Below are positions 1-11,961 of a stretch of 64,000 nucleotides of DNA, in pieces. This stretch comes from Tricharina praecox. Its lineage: Eukaryota. A model generated the notes under the pieces. The model saw only the letters and a program-made list of their open reading frames with translations, had not been told where the DNA came from and made no database searches. A program made the translations under genes and the position numbers. The stretch spans positions 1 through 64,000 of the forward strand of contig NW_026250425.1 in NCBI RefSeq assembly GCF_024521635.1, read 5' to 3'. How positions within the stretch are numbered: position 1 is the stretch's first letter; every line of letters begins with the position of its first letter.

Positions 1-341
1 AAGGCAGTCTTATCAACCTTACAGAGCTTGCTGCTTCCGCAAGTTGTCCGTGCATCCCTGCGGAGCAGCACGGCAATCGCGACAAAACCTCCCATGAATA
101 TCAGATCCAACAGGGCTGTGGGCATGAGCAGCGACGGTCGCTTGATGCAGCATATCACCATCGCACTAAAAATCGCCCATATCGCGCCGACACCGGAAAT
201 GACGGTTACCGCATAAAGGGTCGAGGAGATGTTGGGGCGCCGCTGGTGGATGTGGTATGCTGATACACCGAGAACGTAGAGAGCGATGAGAGAGGCCAGC
301 AGGCGGATGGGCAGGGAAATGCCGCGGTTTAGGAGTGGCAT
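1..341 (-). CDS. MARVEL-like multi-pass membrane protein, 5' part (runs off the window edge)
   Basis: Not in the ORF track. ATG at 341 opens MPLLNRGISLPIRLLASLIALYVLGVSAYHIH...LYAVTVISGVGAIWAIFSAMVICC...TALLDLIFMGGFVAIAVLLRR...CGSSKLCKVDKTA, with no stop to base 1. Three hydrophobic helices and a DxIFxxxFxAxAVLL..C..C pattern fit fungal MARVEL-domain proteins. Confidence 0.7.
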   Translation of the reverse strand, partial: MPLLNRGISLPIRLLASLIALYVLGVSAYHIHQRRPNISSTLYAVTVISGVGAIWAIFSAMVICCIKRPSLLMPTALLDLIFMGGFVAIAVLLRRDARTTCGSSKLCKVDKTA

Positions 342-845
342 TGTTTGTTGTTATTGTTGTTGTATTGTGCGGTTGGTTGGTTGATTGGTCGGTTCGTGTA
401 ACGATTGCGGCCGGCCGGTCGGTCGGTGAATGTCGGATATATTTGGTAGTTGATGATGCCTGAAAGCTGTGGAGAGGGGGAGGATCACTCTTTATTTGCC
501 CCTCCCATGGCCCTGTTCTTCCACGCTTTCCTCGCGGTCATTAACTTCAAGTTTTCCCTCTTCTTGCTGCCGCCAGACAGTCTGGAAGCCTGGCAGGCCG
601 AGATTCGGTACGTCATCCATGCGCCATCCCTGGCTGGTAGTAGTTCGTTAGCCTTGCAAGCAGGTGTCACGTCACGATCAGCGGTTAAAGACGTGGAAGA
701 GCTCAGAGGAATCTTGTCTGTAATCGATCCTGCGCTTCCACCAGAAATTCATGGTTAGGAATGCATGCGATGGAGAAGAAGGTGGTTCCGGCCGGCCGCT
801 GAGAATGGGGATGGTAGACGAGCGGAAGCGGAGACGGCATCCGGG

Positions 846-934
846 TGCGACGCCTGGCGAAATAAACCTCACTGCGACGCCTGGCGAAATAAACCTCACT
901 GCGACGCCTGGCGAAATAAACCTCACTGCGACGC
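846..934. repeat. 27-bp perfect tandem repeat, 3 copies plus partial
   Basis: GCGACGCCTGGCGAAATAAACCTCACT at 847-873, 874-900 and 901-927. Confidence 0.95.
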
Positions 935-3239
935 GGCGGCGGCGGCGGGAATTCGACGCGGCTGCGGAAGGAATCTCTTCCAAAGAGTCAGCTTTCTGTC
1001 GGCAAGATCGATCGCAGATAGGTAGTATGTACTCACTTACCTGGTACCAAGGAAGGCTCCCGTCATGGAAATCGATCCAAGCCACGTCTGATGAACTTTT
1101 ACTACCGGTACTACCTGGGGAGCGATCGCGAAGACTAGCAGGAATAGTTAGATGTCGGATGCGAACCCCGCATCGAGGATGTGAAGCGATGCGATTGGGA
1201 TCAGCATGGAGAGAGTTATCATAGGTACATAGAGTGGAGTACCGTACTTCAACGTCCCTTCGAGGTTGTCGGGCACGCGAGCCACGGCTCTGCGCGATTG
1301 TTCGGTACCTGGGAGTGTTAAGGATGGCGGTGGGTACTCTAAAGAGAAACGTCCGCGGATCCTCACAACCGACGAGAAGAAAACTGCGCATGCTCAAGTT
1401 AAAGCCCATGTCACCGGCACATGCGACATAGCTCGCTTGCTGGGCAGCGGAAGCCAAGCGCCAGGAAGCTGCTGAGCCACATCATATGCGATGATCTCTG
1501 GCGCGTCGCCTGTCGGAGGCTTCAACCTTTGATTGAGCGGAAGTCTACGCGAAGGACCTCAAGCCCCAATGTACTCTGCAGATCGATGGTGCGGATTGGC
1601 GCTGGACGCCTGCATGTAAAGCACCCACCTTGGGCCCATCTACTCGCGCCTTGCCACGGCGAGCGACACTGTTATGCGTTTATTCATCACGGCGTTCGTG
1701 AACCATGTCAGGAGCTTCATGCCTCATAGTACTGACAAAGGAATCCGCGCGTCTGGTTCATGTGGTCTCGTGCTCATTCTCGTTGTGAGATTATTGCACG
1801 CAACGATGTCCATTTCCATTGTCCATCCTTCCGACCCCATCCGACAAGCTCCGAGCTCAAGCGACCGCCGCGAGTCCGGGACGCCAAGACACCACGTGAC
1901 AGCCTCCCACCGCGCCACGCCGCATCGTCATGTTCCACGACGGGAAGTGCCGGCACCGAATGATGGGCAGCCAAATCTCCCAGCGATCGGATTCCATGCC
2001 GAGACCGACTCATCGTGCCGGACGCGTACGCAGCCCCATTTCCGCGGACGGGCTCTCGAGGCTCCTACGAGTCGGTATGCCGTTGGAGGGGCGCGCATCT
2101 CAGCGCAAGGCAATCCAAGCAGTGCTGCTGCAGTCCCTGCGTCTGCCGTGCACGGCCGTTGTTCCTAAGGAGATTAAGCATGTACCTATGTAGATGTACA
2201 TCGAGAGCGCTGTTATAAGGTAGAACCACATCAGATCATCTTGATAATTGCAGACTGCCGTAGATCTCCGGATGGATCAAGACATCCCGTTCGATACCCG
2301 TCAGTCGTCTTTCTCTCTCCTCACTCTGCACTCTCGCTCTCGGACGGGCCCCTGCCCTTGCCCAGCCAACCGCGCGCCAGGCTTTTAGCCACGACACTTG
2401 TTCCTTGGCTTCCGCACTTCCGCTCCAACGTTTCACATGGGTGATGTCACCTTTTATTGCCAGCCAATCAGAGCCCCACCTCGTCCAGCCCAGCCACGGA
2501 GCTTAGCCACTCGCCGCTCACTCTGACCCCTTGCCCTGGGACAAGCCACTCTCGCACAACTCTATCCCATGCCTTAAGCCAACGCGTCATACCTGCATGC
2601 CATGCACTCTACCTCTAGAAATGCTTTCCTTTCATGCCTTGCTTCGACGACAACGGCGGGACCGGTCTCGACCGATCGCCATCATAGAACAGCAGCATCT
2701 GGCCTGTCGCTAACTAACCCTCATTCCAAGTCAAACCGCGATCTGCATTCCCTCATCCTTTAGCTTTTGGCTTTCTTCTTCAATCCTCGTCCCTTTGTCT
2801 TCCGTCCTTCCGCCGGATGCTGCCAATTCTATTCTATCCTTCAACCATCATCACCGTGACCGCGAATCCGTCAGCCATAAACTCCACTAGAGCGTGCGAA
2901 TAGACCCCCTCCCTCCTCCTCCTCCCCCTCGCCCCTCCTATTCTCCCCGCCAGCCAGCCCGCTAATGCTGCTTCCAGTTAGTTGCCCCGCGAAAGCTACC
3001 ACCTCTACCTCGAACCCGTTCTCACGCTACCGCCCGCGCTACGGCTTATCGTTCTCGAACTCCCATATATCTCCTTGCTCCCTGAAAAAGAATTCCACAG
3101 TCCGTTCAAGTGACCCAGTGAAACCCTACCACGAATCAATCTGCATCCAGTCGACAACTACATCTTCTTCTTCTCGCGTCACGATAGAGAACGCCGTGTT
3201 TGGAGAATCCGCGTCGCCGCGAACCCCCGCCGCGCTCCA

Positions 3240-6200
3240 ATGTCCGACACATCCGCGCCAGCATCCGCACAACCCTCCGGCAGTCTCGCATCGGTGGTGT
3301 CGAGCGCCTTCTCGTCAGCAGCATCGACAGCCCTCTCCATAACAGCCTCCTCCTCGGCCTCCGCCTCCGCGACGTCCGCGAGTGCGACAGTAACACCGGC
3401 GAGCGAATTAATAGGGGAGCAGAATGGCTCGGCTCAGCAACAGGAGGGCGTGTCCCTCGAAACTTTCCTTGCGTCGTTGGCAGTGGCAGCGATAGTCTTT
3501 GGCGTTGAAGTTATCTTATTCGTGATGCTGCGGAAAAAGCTGCATCGCATCTACGAACCGCGAACGTACCTGGTGCCTGATAAGTGCGTGGGAACATTCC
3601 TACCCTAAACCTGTGGGTGAGAGGTGAGAGTCGTGTTGATGCCAATGCTGACTTCGGTGGGGGTGATAGACGGAGAACACCAAAACCCGCGCAAGGGTTT
3701 TTCAATTTCTTCGCACCGGTGTTCGAAACTGCAACAAGTGACTTCATCTCGAAATCTGGTCTTGATGCCTATTTCTTCCTCCGCTACCTCCTCATGCTCC
3801 TCAAGATCTTTGCCACGATAGCACTCGTGATCCTACCTATCCTGTTACCCATCAACTACATGGGCGGAAAGGGAGGCGAAGATGTCCAAGGACTGGATCG
3901 ACTGGCGTGGTCAAACATTTCGGAGGCAAACACACAGCGCTATTGGGCGCATCTCCTGCTCGCCCTGACTCTGATTTGCGTCTTTTGCTACATGTTCTAC
4001 AGCGAGATGAGGAAGTACGTGCGCATGCGACAGGCCTACCTGACGAGTCCTCAGCACCGCCTCAAGGCCAGTGCGACCACGGTGTTGGTTAGCGCGATAC
4101 CGATGAGCTGGTTGACAGTGCAGAAACTCGTGGATCTTTACGACGTCTTCCCCGGTGGTATCAGGAACGTCTGGATCAACAGGTACGCGGTGCCGTTCGA
4201 GCTTGGTGGTGGTGGTTGAGATGCTGACGTGCCGCAGGGATTACGATGATCTGGAGGAAAAGGTCAACGAACGAGACGATTTGGCCAAGATGTTGGAAAA
4301 GGCAGAAACGGAACTGATCGTGCTCTGTAAGAAGAAGAACATCAAGCAGCTCGCCCTAGCAGCGAAGAAGGATCCCAGCGCTGTTACCGACAAGGACCGA
4401 TCCGAGGATACCGCCGAAAAGCTTGTGACCGGACCCGGTCTCTCCTCCGGAAATCCTCACCAGATCCCGACCCTGCTCCGCAATCGTACTCAGGACGAGA
4501 GGGAGAAGACGAAGAAGAAGTCCGGCTTGGATGTCGGTGATGTCGTTGAGGGCGTCGGTCGTGGGTTTGCCCGGGGCGTGATGAGTGGTGTGGGAGTGGT
4601 CACAGGGGGTGTTAAGAAAATCACTGGTGGCGTTGATCGGCACTTTTCGGAGCCGGAAGGATTTGCGCCGGCAGACGAGAATGACACATCTGCCCAACGC
4701 CCGAGTGTGACTGACCGCCAGTGGTCGACTGACGCCTCTGCTCAACGCCCGAGTGTGGCTGACCGCCGGTGGTCGTCCCGTGGCAGCAGGAAGCGTGGCT
4801 CGACATTGATCGGGCCGGAGGGCACTCCAACGGTACTCGAAAGGACTCCTAGTCGCGAGGACGAACGTTTGAGCAGGGCTCCGTCGGCACCGACCAAACC
4901 CGAATCTCGCAAACATCGTGGCATGCGATTGTGGCCCAAGAAGGACCCCTCCAAGGGAGAGAGCGACGAGATCCCTCTGAGCCATCAAACACCAACGTCG
5001 CCACGTACTTCCCACGTTTTCGCGGAGGCACTACAGACCGTTTTCAAGCCTAAAGCGAAGGAGGAGTATCCCGATGCTTACGACCCCCGCTATGTCGATG
5101 ACAGCTGGGGTGAGGAACCCGTGTGGAAGAAATACATCACCGAGAAGGACCGTCCCACCATGCGGCTTCCCCTGCTGTCTTGGTTGCCTGCGTTCCCGCT
5201 GATTGGTAAAAAAGTTGACACCATTTACCACTGTCGAAAAGAGTTGGCTCGCTTGAACTTGGAGATTGAGAAGGACCAGGAGACGCCCGAGAAATATCCC
5301 CTGATGAATTCGGCGTTCGTACAGTTCAACCAGCAGGTGGCGGCACACATGGCTTGTCAGGCCGTGTCCCATCATGTTCCGCAGCACATGTGTCCCCGCC
5401 ATATCGAGGTTTCCCCTAACGACGTCATCTGGGGCAACATGAAGATGCAATGGTGGGAGCGGTACATCCGCAGCGGTCTCATCACGGTTGCAACCGGAGG
5501 GTTGATCCTTGGCTGGGCTTTTCCCGTTGCTGCCGTCGGTTTGATCTCTCAAGTCAACTATTTGACCGACACGTTCAAATGGTTGGAGTGGCTCGAGGAC
5601 CTACCCGACTCCGTCTTGGGTCTGATTTCCGGTGTTCTGCCCCCAGTACTTTTGGCCATTCTGATGGCAGTGCTCCCACTCATCTTGCGACTATTTGCCC
5701 GGATTCAAGGATGTCATACGGGAATGGCGATCGAGCGGTCCGTCCAGGGAATGTACTTTGCCTTCCTCTTCATCCAGGTCTTCCTCGTTGTCAGTATCTC
5801 GTCGGGTATCACGACCGTCATCGAGCAGATCTCGGAGCAGCCATTCGCTGCCCCTGAAATTCTTGCGCGCAACCTGCCAAAGGCCTCCAACTTTTTCTTC
5901 TCGTATCTCCTCCTGCAGGCGTTCTCTGTCAGTGGAGCTGCTCTCCTGCAGATTGCCACGCTGATAATCAACTTCGTCCTGGCGCCAATTGTGGATTCCA
6001 CCGCGCGCGACAAGTTCAACCGCGCAACCCACCTCATGGAGATCAAGTGGGGAACTTTCTTTCCCGTGTACACCAATCTCGCTTGTATCGGTATTGTCTA
6101 CTCGGTGATCTCACCCTTGATCTTGCTCTTCAACATGATCACCTTCTCGCTCTTCTGGATCGTCTACCGCTACAACCTGCTGTTCGTCGTCAACTTCCGC

Positions 6201-6953
6201 TTCGATACCGGTGGTCTCCTGTTCCCGCGGGCCATCAACCAGCTTTTCACTGGCATCTACGTCATGGAAGTCTGCCTGATCGGTCTCTTCTTCCTTGTCC
6301 GGGACGCCCAGGACCGCGTGGCCTGCGCCCCGCACGGCATAATCATGATCATCGCCACCATCTTCACCGTCATCTTTCAGTACATGTTAAACCAAGCATT
6401 CGGACCACTTCTCACCTACCTGCCCATCACACTCGAAGACGACGCCGCCATCCGCGATGCGGAGTTCGCTCGCGAACAAGACGCGAAGAGGAAAAAGCAC
6501 CTTCTCGGACGGCAGGAACGCGAAGGCGAGGACCTCAACCAACTCCTTGAGGCACGCGAGCGAGCCGAGAACGGCGAGATTGAGCTCAAGCCTATGACCA
6601 ACCCACCGACACGCCGCGACCCCGAGGCGGCAGGCGACGGTAGTCTCATGGGCGACAAGCCCGCTATGGAGCTATTCCAGAACATTGCGGACGAAATTGA
6701 GGATCTCACACCCGAGGAGCGGGATCACCTGGTTGCGCGTGCCTTCCAGCATCCGGCTATCAGGGCGAAGCGACCGGTTATTTGGATTCCGCGGGACGAC
6801 TTGGGTGTCAGCGATGATGAGATCATACGGACGATGAAGTTGTCGGATAAGGTGTGGATCAGTAACGAGTACGCGGGACTCGACTCGAGGGGTCACGTCA
6901 AGTACTCGCGGAGTCCGCCGGATTTCGATATGCGCGATTTGGTCGAGCTATGA
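3240..6953 (+). CDS. CSC1/OSCA/TMEM63 family (RSN1/PHM7-like, DUF221) calcium-permeable stress-gated cation channel, ~1190 aa
   Basis: Exons 3240-3583, 3670-4182, 4238-6953. Introns GTGCGT..CTGAC..TAG and GTACGC..CTGAC..CAG join the ORFs in frame. Family motifs: RIYEPRTY, GLDAYFFLRYL, ILLPIN, YWAHL, SAFVQF, PNDVIWGN, FLFIQVFLV, LPKASNFF, DTGGLLFPRA, VIWIPRDDLGVS. Confidence 0.95.
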
Positions 6954-7655
6954 TCTACCATCTACCCCCCATTTCTCTTCCTTTCTTTGTAATAATTCGT
7001 TATACCGGTTGGCTTCTTTTGTTTTTTTTCATATTAAGTGGGGTGCGCGCATATTGGCAGGACATTTAGGTGTAATTATAGATTATAGGGGGCTTATTTC
7101 ATTTTATTCTCGTTTTCCTTTCCTTTCCTTTCCTTTCCTTTACTTCTAGGCTTTCTTCCTTTGGAATATGTACCATGTATGTACCTTATGAAATGGGGGT
7201 GGACTTGCGTTTGTGGCGTGGCGAGCGGGATTCTGTGTACGAGTTTGTTTGCTACCTATCATACGAGGTATGTACCGTCTGTGGATTCAAATGGCATTCT
7301 GATTCTCAAAGCAAAACTCGGTGTTGGATGAAACTAAACTTGAAGTGAGGTGTGAACTAGTGGCAGCGATGAATCCTGTCCGGGTTTGGCGCGAGGGTTT
7401 CCCTCGCTGAAGCGGACCATCTCAAACAGCCTCACTCACGCCTTGCGGGCCGGCACCGGTACTGTAGCTGAGCACATTGTCTTATCGACGTCTAAGCGGA
7501 TGCCTATCTGCGAGCCCGGTCCCGGTCAGGTCTATCTACACAAAACTGATGGTATTGCAGTAGTAGTGTGGGATTGAGGGTACTGTGGCGAGGATGTGGC
7601 CTTGTACTGGGTGCCGGGTGCCGGCGTAAGTAACGAGGAGAGATGGTTCGAGACT

Positions 7656-7705
7656 TGGAGTGCGGGGATGGTTGGAGTGCGGGGATGGATGGAGTGCGGG
7701 GACGG
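7656..7705. repeat. 17-bp G-rich tandem repeat, 3 copies
   Basis: TGGAGTGCGGGGAYGG at 7656, 7673 and 7690. Confidence 0.8.
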
Positions 7706-8228
7706 GTGTGTAGCATGGATCAAGCAACGTCACCTAACTACATACCAAAAGTCCATAGGTATTAGACTTTTGGGCAAAAGCAGGGCACTCGAGACCATCT
7801 GGATTCCGGTCAACAAGTAGAGTATTTAGACCCCCTGGGTTATAAACATTATGTACCCAACTTCTTGCGTTCTTCTTACGGTGCGCAACTCGAGCAGAAG
7901 AGATCCACGTGACCGGAGAGTTGCGGAGGCCGATGGGTAACTGGCGAACTACCTAGTGATACTATGTGAAGTCATGAAAGCTCTCCATCCAACTGCCATC
8001 ACCATTGATGTCTCCATTCAACCGAGCTTGCAAGCAGTAAGCTCGCACACGTCCATCTCATTCCCTCGCCCCCGAGCTACATGAATAGCAAAGATTTAAC
8101 TCCAACGTTGATCCCAGGAGCAGAACGGAGGAAGATGAAGATTCAAAACAAATGGGCGTTTGGGGACCTGAGGGTTTGTACGCTTTCATTTGTATCCTAT
8201 GATTCGTAATCCTCCACGACGTATCCAC

Positions 8229-9694
8229 TTAATACCTCCTCCTTCCGGCCACCACCGACATAGCCACTGCCCTCCCGAGTAGCCACCCAAAATCCACACG
8301 TTTCACCCAGCGCATCCCTAGCATCACCATGGCCACGCCACCAATTAACCTTACGCCCCACCTTGCCAGTGGCTTACTTTCGATATCAGTTACCGCACAC
8401 CGCACCGCCGCCATGACCTCCTCCATCTGAAGTACCCTCTTCGTTCTCAGCCCTATATCACCTACTCTCCCCGCCACCCCTCCAACCCGTCTAGCCCTGA
8501 TGAATTTCCCCCGCACGGGAAATTCCGAGCTATCCAATAGTATAGACCGTATAGCCAGTTCACAATAGACCCACACCGGCAGCCTCCTCGCCAGCACACC
8601 ATGCCACCACGCCCTCCTTACCGCCACACGCGTAGCAAGTGTAGAAACCCACGCACACATCTCGGCGCGCGGCCTCATCGCCTTCTCGAACGTGCTGAAA
8701 GCCAAAGTGTAATCCTCACCTGCCGCGACAATCGCGTTCGTAAGTGCCGCCACCCCCTCCAGCTCCAGCGATGCGGTAAGGAGGGCCGCTGGTGCAAGCT
8801 TGTACAGCCCATCGGCGAGCTGCAGGGTACGCGCGCTATACCAGTGGCCCGGCGGGGAGATGCCGATTTCGACCTCTGAGATCTTGGGCGAGGAGGCGCG
8901 TGTGAGCCAGAGCGTAGACAGCGTGCTATCGGCATCGAGACGGAGATGTGATGAAACGTCCTGACCCGACGCCCCGCGCAGCAACGACCACCAGTAACTT
9001 CTCCCTTCCATCCTTATCGCCACTTCCACCCCGCCCTGCCACGATTTGACCGTCATCCCTGGCTTCCCCTCGGCCTCCATCGGATCCGCATCATCCACCG
9101 GCGTATCCCCCGTAATCCACGTAAACTCGCCTCTCTGCACCGGGAACGCCGCCGCGAGGCCCTCGGTGTCGACCACGATATCGCCACAGAACATTTCCAT
9201 GCCCGCGGTAATGACGGTGACGCCCTGCGCGTCGGCGCGTATATCGACCGCCTTCGTGTCGGCATGTATTGACGGGGCGGGGAGCAGCGCGAAGAGTGTT
9301 TCGAGCAGGTGGCGGCGCGGGAGGAGAGTAAACGGGCAGCCGAGACTTTTACGTGGGTCAGCTGGGTGTATACGTGCAATAACTATGAGGAGGGGACTGG
9401 GAGTGCGAACGAGTTCTCGACGGCGCTCCACCATCCACCCGACAGCGGGGTGTGTCGCGCTTGTAAGGCGCCCCAGACTCCTAGCTGCGTAAGGATCGCG
9501 ACGGCGTGCGGGTGCAGAACTACCGGGGTGTCGTCGTCGGCGATGGGCAAGGGCCCCGGTGAGCGGGCGAGAAGAGTGAACGCGATGTTTTTACGGGTTA
9601 AAGACAGGGCCAGTGATAGCGACGAGAGGTTGCTGCCGAGGATGATCACCGTGAAGGGTCGCGGGAGGGGTGAGAGGGGGTCATGTGTATGCAT
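8229..9694 (-). CDS. Degenerate FAD-dependent (aromatic hydroxylase-type) monooxygenase-like protein, ~466 aa
   Basis: Exons 9694-9411 and 9345-8229. A 65-nt intron (GTTCGC..GCTGAC..AAG) joins ORFs 9383..9937 and 8229..9434 in frame. Motif remnants occur in the expected order: FTVIILGSNLSSLSLALSL (Rossmann), ILTQLGVW, RRHLLETL, GDIVVDTEG (DG motif), LQLADGLY..P (GD motif), FSTFEKAMRPR. Confidence 0.7.
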
Positions 9695-10330
9695 CTGGGT
9701 GAAGCGTGAGGAGGAGCACGGGAATTGCGGTTGGTGAGGGGGTGCAATGTTTGCGTCGGGTTTTGTTGATTGCGCGTGCGGGGGGACGCGCGGGGGCCAA
9801 ATGCGGCCTGGCCGACAGGGTACATCGTTCGTACCACGTCCGACGCGCCTGTCTGCCAACTGATGATTCACAGATGTAGATACCAAGGTATCTACTCGAG
9901 TACCAGGTACGTGTATAGTCAAATAAACTACACACAATCAAGCTTCAAGCCCGGTTGTCTCGAGGTTGAGCTTAAACCGACACATCCCTAAAAATCTACG
10001 GTTGTCCATCGACCATCGTGTCTCTTAGCTATCTGCTATGACGTGACCATGGGTTGTCACTCGTGGTCACGGCGAACTTCGGCGTTGGCTTGGACCAGCT
10101 AACAAGAGCATATGTGGTCGGTAAAGGCCGTAGGTATGCGACAATAGACGGAATAGAAATATAGAGATCGAGTGGGGAACGGTGGAAATGGATGCATCAT
10201 CGCATACGGCCCATCTCGACGGTGGCGACCTCAAACTCCACCGTGGAATTAAAGAGCGAAAGAGAAAGAGAGAGAGAGAGAAAGAGAACAGCAATTTATT
10301 GTTCGCATACGGGCTTGCTAAACTACGGTG

Positions 10331-10564
10331 ACCACAGCGCCGAATCTGATGGGACATCTTCACTGTGTCCATTGTGCGTAGCGAGTGACAATCCGGAGAA
10401 CGTTTAAATCTCTGTAATTCGAACACCATAGGTACATCATATTTGCGATCGGCCTTACCAGGCTATTACCACCACAGCGCCGAATTTGATGGACGTCTCC
10501 ACTGCGTCCAACATACCTATCGAGTGACAGTCCGTGAGCCCGTTTAGATTCCTGCGATTCGAAC
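10331..10564. repeat. Imperfect direct repeat, ~94-bp core with 140-bp period
   Basis: ACCACAGCGCCGAAT..GATGG..CACTG.GTCCA..CGAGTGACA.TCCG..CGTTTA..ATTCGAAC at 10331-10424 and 10471-10564. Confidence 0.85.
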
Positions 10565-10844
10565 TCGATTCGTATTCACGGCGATGTAGGTAACTGATTC
10601 GGACATGTGTTTCGGGCATTCTCAATGAGATGGGCGTGTGCCGTTAGAGAGCGAGACTGCTCATACAGCTACGTAACCATCGCGTACACCTTTCTCGACA
10701 TCAGTGCTACGTCATCGCTCACAGTCCATATCAACCCACCTTTTCCGCGCTCTACATCTCATTTCAACATCATCATCACCATCATCATACACACAGACTA
10801 ACTGCACAAAGAGCCCAAGTGTACAATATCACGAGCGCAAGACT

Positions 10845-11469
10845 ATGTCCTCTCGCCGCACCACTTTACCCACGCGGCCCCTGCCGCGGATCTCCGCCGG
10901 CACGGCGTTCCTATACGGCTGCACGGCGGGCGTCATCGGCGTATTCGCCATGACGGCGTCCGAGAAGACGGAGCAGTCGCTGATCACGAACCGTGCGAAC
11001 TCGTACGTCCCCGGCTGGACACTCGTACGGCTGCTCGGCATCGATCCGTCGCCCGATAGCATGTGGAATTGGAATATGGCTATGCACTACGGTCAGGGTG
11101 CTATTGCGGGCGGCATCAGAGGCGTTATGGCGCTCTATGGCGTTAGGGGGCCGTTTGCGGATTTTATGTTTACGGGGTTGAGGTGAGGTTGTTTTTCTGA
11201 TGGTGGAGGGTGGGGGGGCTGACACGTGATGGAATTTGAAGGTTGGCAATCGACCAGACGCTGGAGAATTGGACGGGTGTTGGGGCGCTGCCTTGGTATG
11301 TATCTCCTTCTCCTCTTGATATATATCGTCGAGGTGGTATAGGTGAGTATGTACTTACTAAAGTACACGCCGTAGGACCTGGCCCGTCGCAGAGCAAATC
11401 GTCGATGTGCTCCATAAATCCGTGTTTGCGTTCGTCACTGGATACATCGCGGACATGTGGATTCAGTGA
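10845..11469 (+). CDS. Small uncharacterised integral membrane protein, ~161 aa
   Basis: Exons 10845-11182, 11242-11295, 11376-11469 with canonical introns (GTGAGG..AAG; GTATGT..TAG). Spliced product: MSSRR..GCTAGVIGVFAMTASEKTEQ..NSYVPG..MHYGQGAIAGGIRG..RLAIDQTLENWTGVGALPWTWPVAEQIVDVLHKSVFAFVTGYIADMWIQ*. Confidence 0.85.
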
Positions 11470-11929
11470 TCAGGATAGTCTGCGGACAGGTAGACTCAGT
11501 GATCAAAAGATAGGGGGGTGTACCCTATGTACCTATCTACTATTCTTGTATCATACGTACATGATCAGTCCCTGTTCAATCATGATTTCTCGCTCTCACT
11601 CTCTATCCCGCCACAATAAACGATTAGTTATCTAGCCCACCAATCGATCTGGCCATGGAAATCGCACGAACGTGGCGTGATTCTTCTCTTTCCCGGTTTA
11701 GTTTCACCGTCTCAGTGCTCACCAATGCTCACCAGTGACCAGTGACCAAAATCCCGCAGCCGAGAATACGGTACCTACTTAGGGACGTCAGACCTACAGA
11801 CCTATGCACGGTACCTGCCTCCCATACCTACCGTACCATGTGAGTGCTCTCATTATGACACTATATAGTATGCGTGTGCCTTCGTACCCTTACCGACCGT
11901 TAAGTTTATTTCGCGCGTTTACACCGGCG

Positions 11930-11931
<2 letters not shown>

Positions 11932-11961
<30 letters not shown>
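11932..11961 (+). repeat. poly-G tract (G30)
   Basis: 30 consecutive G. Confidence 0.95.

Noticed and set aside
846..934. Possible CRISPR-like arrays (also 19283-19546 and 23579-23763)
   Set aside because: Units are directly adjacent with no unique spacers, there are no cas genes, and the context is eukaryotic.
678..1457. 259-aa minus ORF and 157-aa plus ORF spanning the 27-bp repeat
   Set aside because: No recognisable domain or ATG start. The repeat is open in several frames, which inflates ORF length.
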